DNA of 50,001 bases from Bacteriovoracaceae bacterium (GTDB taxonomy: Bacteria; Bdellovibrionota; Bacteriovoracia; Bacteriovoracales; Bacteriovoracaceae), in NCBI GenBank assembly GCA_018649885.1, contig JABIHA010000079.1, positions 1 through 50,001 of the forward strand, in the 5' to 3' direction. Positions 39,029-47,521 of the stretch are shown in pieces. Within the stretch, counting starts at the first letter, position 1. Each line of letters opens with the position of its first letter. Made by a program: the position numbers and the translations under genes. The notes below the pieces were generated by a model, which worked only from the letters and a program-made list of their open reading frames with translations, was not told where the DNA came from and made no database searches.

Positions 39029-39946
39029 ATGAAATGGACCACTCTCGTCTTAATATTCACGATTTTACTCACTCCTCAGCTGTGCCTGGCCAAGAGAAGC
39101 GCTAAGACAATCTTTGCAGACCAGTCAAAGCTCAATAGAAAGTGGAGTAGGTTATTTAGAAGAAGTGATCGAAACTTGAAGTACCTATTCAATCTTTTAA
39201 GCGACTCATCTACTGGAAGAAAGCTTTTAAAAAAGGCCAAAATTAGGGCCCGCGCCATGGGAAAAACTCTACTTGAAGTAGTGATACCGGGCAGTGGTTC
39301 TCTCACAGATAGCACTCTTTACAGAAGATTTTCAGCATCCAACCCAGAGCAAGTTATTTTCGAAAGTAACTCTCTTGTTTATATTAACTCTGATCTACCA
39401 GTCATTGATGCTGTACTAGATCTCTCACACGAGTTAACTCATTTTGTTTATAGAAAAGCATTTAACCCATACAAAGACTCTTTCAATGTAAAAGAATTTA
39501 TCACTGCAACCATTGAAGGAAGTGGGGGAGAAGTAGATGCTTTTTTAAATGAATGCCGAGTTTTAAAAGAGCTTTTTAGAAAATCAAATTCAAGTCGCTA
39601 TCACTGCCATTTGATTAAAGATCATGACGGGGACCTTTCAAGAAGGCTTGCGAAATTTCATTTCTATAAAGTGGGACAAGGCCATCACTACCTAACAGAA
39701 AACCTTCATAAAAAAGGCCACGAGATTCAATATCTCTCAGACGAAAATCCAGTATTCATCTCATCGACCTATGGTGATTCATATCCTATGGCGGCTTACA
39801 AAGAGTATATAACCGTAAAAGAGAAGGCCTGCAAAAATGAGGGAAGAAGAGTTTCCTATATTAAACAGGCAAGCGGCAGAAGTCCTGCCTATGTTAAAAA
39901 ATCCTACCAAAAAATTATCAATAGTTACGAGTCTAGATGCCTTTAG
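39029..39946 (+). CDS. Secreted putative zincin metallopeptidase-like protein
   Basis: Signal peptide; HELTH (HExxH) with downstream EVDAF. Confidence 0.7.
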   Translation: MKWTTLVLIFTILLTPQLCLAKRSAKTIFADQSKLNRKWSRLFRRSDRNLKYLFNLLSDSSTGRKLLKKAKIRARAMGKTLLEVVIPGSGSLTDSTLYRRFSASNPEQVIFESNSLVYINSDLPVIDAVLDLSHELTHFVYRKAFNPYKDSFNVKEFITATIEGSGGEVDAFLNECRVLKELFRKSNSSRYHCHLIKDHDGDLSRRLAKFHFYKVGQGHHYLTENLHKKGHEIQYLSDENPVFISSTYGDSYPMAAYKEYITVKEKACKNEGRRVSYIKQASGRSPAYVKKSYQKIINSYESRCL

Positions 39947-40179
39947 CTCTCTGGCTGAATAATGGCGAAAATAGCAGAACAAACCCCAACACTAAGAAGA
40001 AAGTAAAATGCAGGAAGCCTAAATTTTTTAAGTTTCCTAGAGCGCACGGGGCCTACAATAATCAATATATTTATGTGAAGTGGAGCCTTCTCTTTATAAA
40101 AGGATATAGCAAGGCAGGAAACCGATAAACTAATAGAGACAACGTGAAAATTTTTTAAAAGATCGTAATTTACCGGCAT
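39943..40179 (-). CDS. Small two-TM membrane protein (SirB2-like N-terminus), possibly internally deleted
   Basis: Y.LLK.FH at the N-terminus; two hydrophobic helices; short length. Confidence 0.45.
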   Translation of the reverse strand: MPVNYDLLKNFHVVSISLSVSCLAISFYKEKAPLHINILIIVGPVRSRKLKKFRLPAFYFLLSVGVCSAIFAIIQPES

Positions 40180-40272
40180 AGGTCAATTATAAAAGAAGTT
40201 TGGATCTGCTTCAATAGACCGAAATAAGGTAAAACTAAATATTTTTTTTTTAGCTAATATCGAATATATCAT

Positions 40273-40299
40273 TCAATCGAGTTTGTTGATTGCCGATAA
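40273..40299 (+). promoter_or_regulatory. Sigma28 (FliA) promoter
   Basis: TCAA-N15-GCCGATAA with a consensus -10 box, 20 nt upstream of ATG 40320. Confidence 0.75.
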
Positions 40300-40319
40300 G
40301 AAGGTGAAGTGAGGTAAGT

Positions 40320-40787
40320 ATGGACCAGTTTAATTCCTATACAAGTAACAGCGTAAGTGAGCAAACCCATTATTCAAAAAAAAGATCGTCGATCTTTATT
40401 AACAAATATTTTCAGGTGAGCTTCTTATTTCACTTTCTGGCCATTGTAGGATGCTCTGTGGGAAGTTTCTATTTTTTAGGAAGTGTTCTGCACTGGGGAA
40501 TCACTGCATCTGCTCTCATTTCAGGAACACTTTTAACAGTTGGAGGACTCTACCTTTCTTTTAGAATCGCGGGCCCTTTGTCTAGACTAAATAGTTACCT
40601 TTTGCGTTCATCAAATGGAGAGTCAATAGGGGAGTTACATTTTAGAAGTGATGACTACTTTGAAAACCTCTCACATTCTTTCAACCTACAGCAAAGCTAT
40701 ATCTCTAAAATTCAAGATCAAAACCAGCCTATGCATGAAATAGGGCAAAATGCTGAAGTTACTCCAATCCATAAAAAAGCTGCCTAA
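40320..40787 (+). CDS. Two-TM membrane protein with a HAMP-like segment
   Basis: Two TM helices followed by S.RIAGPL.RL ... R.DDYF..L...FN. Confidence 0.75.
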   Translation: MDQFNSYTSNSVSEQTHYSKKRSSIFINKYFQVSFLFHFLAIVGCSVGSFYFLGSVLHWGITASALISGTLLTVGGLYLSFRIAGPLSRLNSYLLRSSNGESIGELHFRSDDYFENLSHSFNLQQSYISKIQDQNQPMHEIGQNAEVTPIHKKAA

Positions 40788-40869
40788 AAAACCATTGTAG
40801 TAAGCAAATTTGTTCAGCAGCTTGCTCTAAATATTGAAAAATTCACGATTTTTTTAAACTACTCGATGA

Positions 40870-41973
40870 GTGTTTATGAGGTTGTTACAAATTTTATTTT
40901 TTTATCTGAGTGTATCCGTTGCCTTTTCAACTTCAGTTACAAAAGATATGACTTTAAAGGTCGCAACGTGCGAGATGCTACAAGCTGAAATCTCTTCACT
41001 ACAAGCGTGGTCCAGGAAAATGGGATCAACCTACTCAGTAGGGGAAATCGATTGTCAGGACCATTGCAGCGCTAGTGGTTGCGAAATCAATGTTATGCCA
41101 TTTGCTCCAGAATTGGCGTTTGATCTTCATGGCAGGTATTCAAAACAAAGGGCCCCAAATTGCTGGAATCTGTCCTTATTCGGAGCAGGATTAGTTCAGT
41201 CACTAAGATACAGTACACCACAGGAATTTGATTTCTATCTGAATTCTCCACTATGTCGCTTAAAAGATCTCACTCAAGAGGAACCAAGTCCAGGTGATAT
41301 TGTCGCAATTATGGAACCAATTATATATATGGGAAGAAAGTATATGACCCATGTTCACGGCTACATTTATTTATCTGATGAATTGATATTTTCTAAAAAT
41401 GGATCGGCAAATGAATCTCCCTATGCGATTCAACCTAGAAGCAATTTAAATGAACCTTATTTAAAAGACAAAGACCCAAGATGCTCTGAATTAATTTCTC
41501 CAAAGGAGTGTCATTTCAAACAATTTGTCTATGAATGTATAAGCCTTGATGACTACCTACTCCTTACACCTATGACTAGTGAGGAGGAGAGTATAGAAGA
41601 TGATTTAGCAGAAGTAAGATGTTTGCTCGAAAAAGCCATTAAAGAAACAGGGGTGCTCGACTTTTCCGCTGAACACATGGAGCTAATCGAATCAGTTGGA
41701 CAAATTGCTCAAGCTAGGTATACCAGGGCCGTGGCCCTTAAGAAAAAATATGATCCAATGTCTTTTCAAGAATGTAAAACTGGTGAAGACCAAGGACTAC
41801 CAACTGATTACTCTGATCTCGACCGCGAGATCGTTCTTTACTCTAGCTTTTTGGCAGAGACCGAAGTACTTTACAAGACTTTAAGGCAAGAGCCATTACT
41901 ACCTCCAGGGCACCATGACCTCGATCAAGAAGGTGTCAAATTATTTGAAAGAAGTATGGATTGGACTCCTTAA
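40870..41973 (+). CDS. Secreted Cys-rich protein with a putative papain/NlpC-P60-like Cys-His dyad
   Basis: Signal peptide; PNCWN, PGDIV and HVHGYIY....FSKNG. Confidence 0.7.
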   Translation: MFMRLLQILFFYLSVSVAFSTSVTKDMTLKVATCEMLQAEISSLQAWSRKMGSTYSVGEIDCQDHCSASGCEINVMPFAPELAFDLHGRYSKQRAPNCWNLSLFGAGLVQSLRYSTPQEFDFYLNSPLCRLKDLTQEEPSPGDIVAIMEPIIYMGRKYMTHVHGYIYLSDELIFSKNGSANESPYAIQPRSNLNEPYLKDKDPRCSELISPKECHFKQFVYECISLDDYLLLTPMTSEEESIEDDLAEVRCLLEKAIKETGVLDFSAEHMELIESVGQIAQARYTRAVALKKKYDPMSFQECKTGEDQGLPTDYSDLDREIVLYSSFLAETEVLYKTLRQEPLLPPGHHDLDQEGVKLFERSMDWTP

Positions 41974-42004
41974 TTTTTTTTCAGGTAATTTCTAAGCATT
42001 GCCG

Positions 42005-43462
42005 TTAAGTTATTGCTTTATGTAACTCGACTGCACACCTCTCACCCGAACGAACAGCTCCATCCATATACCCACACCAAACAGGGGAGGTTTCAGTGCC
42101 GGCCCAATGAATTCTTCCACTTGCTTTTCTAAGTGTATGTCCTACACGGTGTAATACATCGGGTTTAAGTGGAAGCACACAACCTGTACTCCATAGATCC
42201 CTTGCCCAATCTTTTTCAGTATAATAGATAGGACGAGCTCCCTCGGGACCAAGCCTTTTTGCAAGTCCTGTGATGATCGCCTTCTTTCTCACCTTTTTAT
42301 CTGTTAGGCCCTTTGCCTCAATTAAAGATAAGAAAAGGGAGATCACCCCTACTTCACCACTTTTAGGGGAGTTATCAAAAGTGAGCTGAACTGGAGGTGT
42401 GTCTCCCATAATATGGCCGCTCAATCCTTTTTTGCGCCAAAAGGGACTTTTGTAAACAACGGCCACTTTTAAAGCAGGAAGTTTGGGTGTGTTTGCCCAG
42501 CTGGCCATAAGCTCTTTTCTCTCCGGCTCAAGACAATCTGTGAAATCAATACGATTTGCATCTGCTGGAGACATTGCAACTACGACTCGTTCACACAATA
42601 TATTTGCCGAAGAAGTTTTCACAATCACCGGGCTTCCTGGCCGGTCAATAATTTCTTTTGTTGGTTCACCAAACATCACATTCGCCTTAAGCGCATTTGC
42701 CATACGTATTGAAATCTCTTGCGAGCCTCCATCAAAACGACTGTCCTGCGCTCCACCTTCCATTCGCATTAAAGACCAAAGTCCACCACAAGAATTCATA
42801 TAAAATAGATACCAAAGAAGCGATATATGGTGAGGATAAGATGTAAAAACCGCCCGAGTGAAGCGACTAAATATTCCATGTACGGCGCGATTAGGAACAT
42901 TGGCAATAAGCCAATCTGCAAGGGTTTGTTGATCTAAAAGTTTTGCATTATGTGCTAGCCATGCATTTTCCACAGGAACACTTTTTCCAAGATGATGTAA
43001 ACGTAGAGCTGCCGAGATAAAATCCTTACTATCGCCGAGCCCCACCCTGGGCACTAGGCCTTTATGAGTTGTATTACCCAATTCAAATATTGCATCCCCT
43101 TTGTAGTAACAAGGAAATTGTGAAATCCCTAGCTCAGTAGCCAAGGCCTGAACCCTGTCCTGACCAGGACCAGTCCACTCCCCGCCACTTTCTAGGTGAT
43201 GCCCCTGCGGAGATCTTAAGTTGAGAGTTCTTCCTCCCACCCTTGATCTGGCTTCGAGTATCACCACATCTGTTATGCCAAGACGCTCTAAGTTTCTGGC
43301 AGTGGTTAAACCCGCTAGACCTCCACCAATGATTGCCACACGGGTCTTGATAGTTTTTTTAGCTGTCAGTAATTTCGCCGCTTGCAAGGGGAGTGCACAT
43401 GCGGAGATTCCTGCAGCTGTGGTTGTGATGAAATTCCTACGAGTAATTATTTTATTTTTCAC
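42005..43462 (-). CDS. Tat-exported flavin amine oxidoreductase (monoamine oxidase family)
   Basis: Twin-arginine TRRNFI; GGGLAG, EAR.RVGGR, GGEW.GP.Q and IHWAGTET...GYMDGAV.SGER.A. Confidence 0.93.
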   Translation of the reverse strand: MKNKIITRRNFITTTAAGISACALPLQAAKLLTAKKTIKTRVAIIGGGLAGLTTARNLERLGITDVVILEARSRVGGRTLNLRSPQGHHLESGGEWTGPGQDRVQALATELGISQFPCYYKGDAIFELGNTTHKGLVPRVGLGDSKDFISAALRLHHLGKSVPVENAWLAHNAKLLDQQTLADWLIANVPNRAVHGIFSRFTRAVFTSYPHHISLLWYLFYMNSCGGLWSLMRMEGGAQDSRFDGGSQEISIRMANALKANVMFGEPTKEIIDRPGSPVIVKTSSANILCERVVVAMSPADANRIDFTDCLEPERKELMASWANTPKLPALKVAVVYKSPFWRKKGLSGHIMGDTPPVQLTFDNSPKSGEVGVISLFLSLIEAKGLTDKKVRKKAIITGLAKRLGPEGARPIYYTEKDWARDLWSTGCVLPLKPDVLHRVGHTLRKASGRIHWAGTETSPVWCGYMDGAVRSGERCAVELHKAIT

Positions 43463-44124
43463 TTTTCACTCCCTTTAGGACTTTTCTGTGCAGACAAGTA
43501 ACTGGCCACCTCAGTAATCTCTTTTTCCGAGAGCTCCTTGGCGATTGTGATCATAGGGGAGAGCTCTTCAGGCATTGTTTTAAATTCTCGAATTTTTCTT
43601 TGAATATACCTAAAGTGCTGTCCCGTTATTTGCGGCATTTCATCAAGCAGGTGACAGTCTATGCATAGATTTAAATAAATCTTTTGACCCAGGCTCGGAT
43701 CTTTAATTGGTCCTTGTCCTATATTTTTTGGAGGCTCAAGTGTAGACAGATAAAAGGCAATAAGTTCAATCTGATTCGAGCTCAACGCTTTGGCAAAAGG
43801 CGCCATGACCGGAAGCCACTTTTCACTCATCTTAATTTGAGTAAGCTTTCCACTTAGAATCGTTTTTTTCCTACCGGCCAAATTGGGAATAGTCCCGTCA
43901 ACACGTCCCGACCCATTTGGCATATGGCAAGAGGCACAGGAAGTGAAAAGGGCCTTACCTTGATTTTGAGTGTCTATTCCACCAACACCTGCATATGGAA
44001 AATTTGATAAGGCCTCATGAACCTTATTGTCTGAACAAGAAGTGAGTCCCAAAATAAAAAGCAATATGACTATAGGTGATTGAACAAATTTCGACATTTG
44101 TATTCCTCTAGTTTTAGATTCCAA
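43459..44124 (-). CDS. Di-heme c-type cytochrome (c4/c553-like) lipoprotein
   Basis: Lipobox LTSC; CASCH and CIDCH; P.LAG and M...A..LS distal Met motifs. Confidence 0.88.
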   Translation of the reverse strand: MESKTRGIQMSKFVQSPIVILLFILGLTSCSDNKVHEALSNFPYAGVGGIDTQNQGKALFTSCASCHMPNGSGRVDGTIPNLAGRKKTILSGKLTQIKMSEKWLPVMAPFAKALSSNQIELIAFYLSTLEPPKNIGQGPIKDPSLGQKIYLNLCIDCHLLDEMPQITGQHFRYIQRKIREFKTMPEELSPMITIAKELSEKEITEVASYLSAQKSPKGSEK

Positions 44125-45586
44125 TTAAAGCTCTACCGTCGCCTTTATCCGTTGCCTGAAAAACCTTTCGTATAGGTTTTCCAACCCCTGGACCTGCCTC
44201 TCTACTCCACCCAACTACACAAGCCTTTCCATTCACAACTTCAACCCCCCAAATTAAATTCTGAAACCGACCAGCGGCCCCCGAGTTAATATACCAATCC
44301 ACCTGATCCTTCTTATGGCTGGTGGATAGGTGCCTAACTTCATGGGTGTGTCCAAGAATAAGAGTTGGCGGAGTTGTAAAGCGCTCTTTTAATCCCGCGC
44401 AAAGTAAAATCTCATTAAGGTGTCTAAATTTCACTCCTTGCTTTCCACTCAAAATTTGAGTCAAAGTTGCCATGAGAGGACCTCGCCCCCCATAGTACTC
44501 CCAAGCAATACTTGGTATATTTGCTTCAATTCCTATTGTGCTCAGTAGCTTTCTTATAAAAGTCATGGGTGCCTGATCAGAAACCAATTCATTGTTAAAT
44601 CCTTTGATCCCCATAGCGTGCATCCCGTGTGGATCCCAATCCCAAAATCGATCGGGACCAGTAAAGGCCCAACCAAGGGATTCTGTAACCGCCTCTCCTC
44701 CTATTCCGGCAAAAGGCGACATATTCCAAGTATCGAATTGATGGCCATGAGCAATGGCAATTTCAGGCCTCTTCTCAGCATCTCCCAGCAGAAAATAGTC
44801 ACACGGTGGAATAAAGCTATCTCCCAAATGCTCCCGCATCTTTTCTAGGCACCCCCCACCTTGAAGTGGGTAATCGTGGTTCCCTGCAGTCCTAACCAAG
44901 CGAGCGTCATCTTGAAACTTTCTAAGCATGCGGTAAAGCGGCTGATTATTTTCATCTTCTAAAATCTTCGTGAGTTGCCAGTGCCTCCTCTGCTCACGCC
45001 AACTTTGATGAGACTCCCAACATGAAAATTTAAAATTGGGCCCATCACTTTCTGTCATGGGATGATCTGGATCGTGAACAACTAAATCTTCAACATCTCC
45101 ATTTTCAACAAGCGTGAATCCATCATCATAGTATTTTTCAATGATTTCCAAATAGAGTTGCTGGTTACCACTTTCTCGAAACAAATCCTGCCTGTGCCCC
45201 GAGTACTGAATATGTTGATCCGAAAAAATTATATATGAACTACCTATATCTCCTCTTGTAATAATTTGGTGACCAATGGGTAGCTCTGGATGCATGTTAA
45301 CATGTGGGGAGTCTATGATTTGTTTATAAGCATCTAACGCTTCTTCAAAACCATTCGATAAAAGCCCTGATTTTTTTAGCCTCAGTATTTCACGTTGCCC
45401 AGATTGATACATGGACCAATACTGTTTGCGAAAGTTTTTCTTCTCGCTTTTTGCTAAAGAATATTTACTCGCAACCCAAGAAGCAAGCAGAGCAATCAAC
45501 CACTGCATAGGGGAGCCAGAAAAGACTCCAGGTGGATTCTGATTTTGAAGGGGATTTTGTTTTTTCGAGTCTTGTTTCATGCACAC
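44114..45586 (-). CDS. Calcineurin-like metallophosphoesterase
   Basis: SDQH, NGDVED, GNHD, HGH and GHTH motifs. Confidence 0.88.
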   Translation of the reverse strand: MCMKQDSKKQNPLQNQNPPGVFSGSPMQWLIALLASWVASKYSLAKSEKKNFRKQYWSMYQSGQREILRLKKSGLLSNGFEEALDAYKQIIDSPHVNMHPELPIGHQIITRGDIGSSYIIFSDQHIQYSGHRQDLFRESGNQQLYLEIIEKYYDDGFTLVENGDVEDLVVHDPDHPMTESDGPNFKFSCWESHQSWREQRRHWQLTKILEDENNQPLYRMLRKFQDDARLVRTAGNHDYPLQGGGCLEKMREHLGDSFIPPCDYFLLGDAEKRPEIAIAHGHQFDTWNMSPFAGIGGEAVTESLGWAFTGPDRFWDWDPHGMHAMGIKGFNNELVSDQAPMTFIRKLLSTIGIEANIPSIAWEYYGGRGPLMATLTQILSGKQGVKFRHLNEILLCAGLKERFTTPPTLILGHTHEVRHLSTSHKKDQVDWYINSGAAGRFQNLIWGVEVVNGKACVVGWSREAGPGVGKPIRKVFQATDKGDGRALIGI

Positions 45587-45604
45587 TCACTTATACCTAG
45601 GACT

Positions 45605-45624
45605 TGACATTGGTGAGTATGTCA
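45605..45624. promoter_or_regulatory. Palindromic operator, probably TetR-bound
   Basis: TGACAT-N8-ATGTCA just upstream of the phosphoesterase start. Confidence 0.55.
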
Positions 45625-45751
45625 TTACTATTAAAATATTCAAGGAAATATGCCCGGATCTGTAAAAACAACAAATGTAACAAGATATCAAATAGTTAGG
45701 GCATTCGTTGAGTTTTCTGGGAATCTAAGAGTATCTATATTACTGCCAATA

Positions 45752-46333
45752 TTAAGAAATAATTTTCTCTACCATCTCTTTAATTGCCAGTGTGGTCTGC
45801 TCTTTGCTGAGGCCATGAACTCTTCTAAGTACATGCCAGGAGTGTGAGCCAGAAACGCTCATCAAGGAGATCACCTTTCGCTCTTTATCGACTTCATTAA
45901 GTCGGCTCAATTGAGATGAAAATAGTGTTTCGATGCGATGTTTCTGAGCACTTCTATTGAGCTCAGCAAATACCTTAATCGCCGGAATTCGATCTTCCTG
46001 AGACAAAATCCGAAGCATCCTATCTCCCCAACTTTCGTAGAGATCCATAAGAAACTCAAGCCCCTCAACAAAATCATCATCAGGAATATCTTTCGTCCTT
46101 TCAATTATACTAAAAAAGGCCCTCTCGGCCCCAGCCGTAAAAAGCTTTTCCTTAGACTCACCAATCCTCACAACAGTCTGCAACCCAACTTTAGCAAGCT
46201 TCGCAATATCCTTAAGCGAAACACAATCATAAGCAGATGTCGTAAAACACTCAGCCGCCGCATCCAAAACCGACTGCCTCGTCCTCTCAGTCGACTCCGC
46301 CCTAGAATTCATTTTATATTTTCTCTTATCCAT
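45752..46333 (-). CDS. TetR/AcrR family transcriptional regulator
   Basis: TR..VLDAA.ECF....Y..VSLKDIAKLAKVGLQTV HTH. Probable start ATG 46333; the ORF track starts at 46387. Confidence 0.88.
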   Translation of the reverse strand: MDKRKYKMNSRAESTERTRQSVLDAAAECFTTSAYDCVSLKDIAKLAKVGLQTVVRIGESKEKLFTAGAERAFFSIIERTKDIPDDDFVEGLEFLMDLYESWGDRMLRILSQEDRIPAIKVFAELNRSAQKHRIETLFSSQLSRLNEVDKERKVISLMSVSGSHSWHVLRRVHGLSKEQTTLAIKEMVEKIIS

Positions 46334-46419
46334 CACAACCCAATTGTAATAGAAAACCCCCCAAAGAGCACCCGATGAATAAACCAAGCTACCAAATCAT
46401 TATACTCAACCTTTTAAAC

Positions 46420-46464
46420 CGAAAACAGCCCACCGCTAACAAGCTAACTGCTAACGGTGGACTG
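46420..46464 (-). terminator. Hairpin/terminator after the four-helix-bundle gene, containing GTTAGC repeats
   Basis: Minus strand: CAGTCCACCG-TTAGCAGTTAGCTTGTTAG-CGGTGGGCTG-TTTTC. Confidence 0.6.
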
Positions 46465-46482
46465 CAAGCTGCTACCAAAACC

Positions 46483-46797
46483 TCACTCATTCACCTCCAC
46501 ACTTTGAAGCAATCTCCAAACCATCCCCGCTACCTTGTCAGCCTTCACAAACAACTCCACCTCAGTCCCAAAATAAATTGCAAGCAGTGTCCTACACTCC
46601 CGAATCGACCCATAAGCAATTCTATAAAACCTCCTTTTCTCTTTACGAGTAAATCTCCCGGCCCCCTCAGATAAATTCAGCGAAACCGAAACCGCAGCCC
46701 GATGCAATTGATCCTTCGCCGAATAAGCCAAATCAACCTTTAAGCACTTCCTAGAAAATTCAATCGATTCTTTCAATGTCCGAAAATTAGTCTCCAT
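46483..46797 (-). CDS. Four helix bundle protein (TIGR02436 / 23S rRNA IVS protein-like)
   Basis: DQL.RAA.SV.LNL.EG.GR...KEK.RFY.IA.GS..EC signature. Probable start ATG 46797; the ORF track starts at 46851. Confidence 0.9.
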   Translation of the reverse strand: METNFRTLKESIEFSRKCLKVDLAYSAKDQLHRAAVSVSLNLSEGAGRFTRKEKRRFYRIAYGSIRECRTLLAIYFGTEVELFVKADKVAGMVWRLLQSVEVNE

Positions 46798-47139
46798 CAC
46801 TTCTCCAATTTTAAAATTATAAAAAAGTCCAAAGGACTTCTCCTCCCTCAAATCACGAAAGGCGACTCAGTCAAGGCCTTGAGCGAAGCGTGCCTTTACT
46901 TAGTCAACTGGAGTGATATCTCTCCCAGTCGCTAATTAACTAAAATCAGAAGCTAAGTTTTAATTGGTAAATTGCTTCGGGAGCAGAAGGAGTTTCATAT
47001 AAAGAAATTATTGTTTGGTGGAGGTGGTGCAGATGCTATAACTCTGCAAAATTAAAGACTCTCATTTTGAAAAGTACTACAAGTTACGACAACTGCTCTA
47101 CTGCACAGGCTCGCCATTTATATCTAGCCCATTGATATA

Positions 47140-47448
47140 TTACTCAAGAATTTGTAAATTTAGGCTTTCGATCTCACGAATTAATTCACAAATAGCATTT
47201 TCAAATTCTGGGTGTTTGGATTCTGTTATTTCTGTTGATAAATCTCTCCATTCAATACCATTATGAAAGGACGTTTGGCATGAGCCTTCTTCACCACTCC
47301 AGTAAAGCTTTAGCCTTAACTTATCTTTAGAAAACTCCGTTAAAATTGATCCGAAATGATCTATCGAAGAGTCTGAGTTTATTTTCTCAAATCCCTTCTC
47401 ACGAAGATATTTTTCAACACTTGTTTCGATTTTATAAAATTCATGCAT
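47140..47448 (-). CDS. Small hypothetical protein
   Basis: 102-aa ORF with globular composition, co-oriented with its neighbours. Confidence 0.65.
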   Translation of the reverse strand: MHEFYKIETSVEKYLREKGFEKINSDSSIDHFGSILTEFSKDKLRLKLYWSGEEGSCQTSFHNGIEWRDLSTEITESKHPEFENAICELIREIESLNLQILE

Positions 47449-47521
47449 TCTTTTTATATCCCCACAGACTAAACATCTCTATTTTTCGGATGATCTTCGC
47501 AAAGCTGCTGAAACTCTCTAA

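Noticed and set aside
45650..46674. Plus-strand ORFs of 65, 146 and 99 aa opposite tetR and the four-helix gene
   Set aside because: Best explained by the local C/A skew reducing stop codons; the compositions are not protein-like.
46483..46797. Diversity-generating retroelement or 23S intervening sequence suggested by the Avd-like four-helix protein
   Set aside because: No reverse transcriptase, template/variable repeat pair or rRNA sequence in the window.
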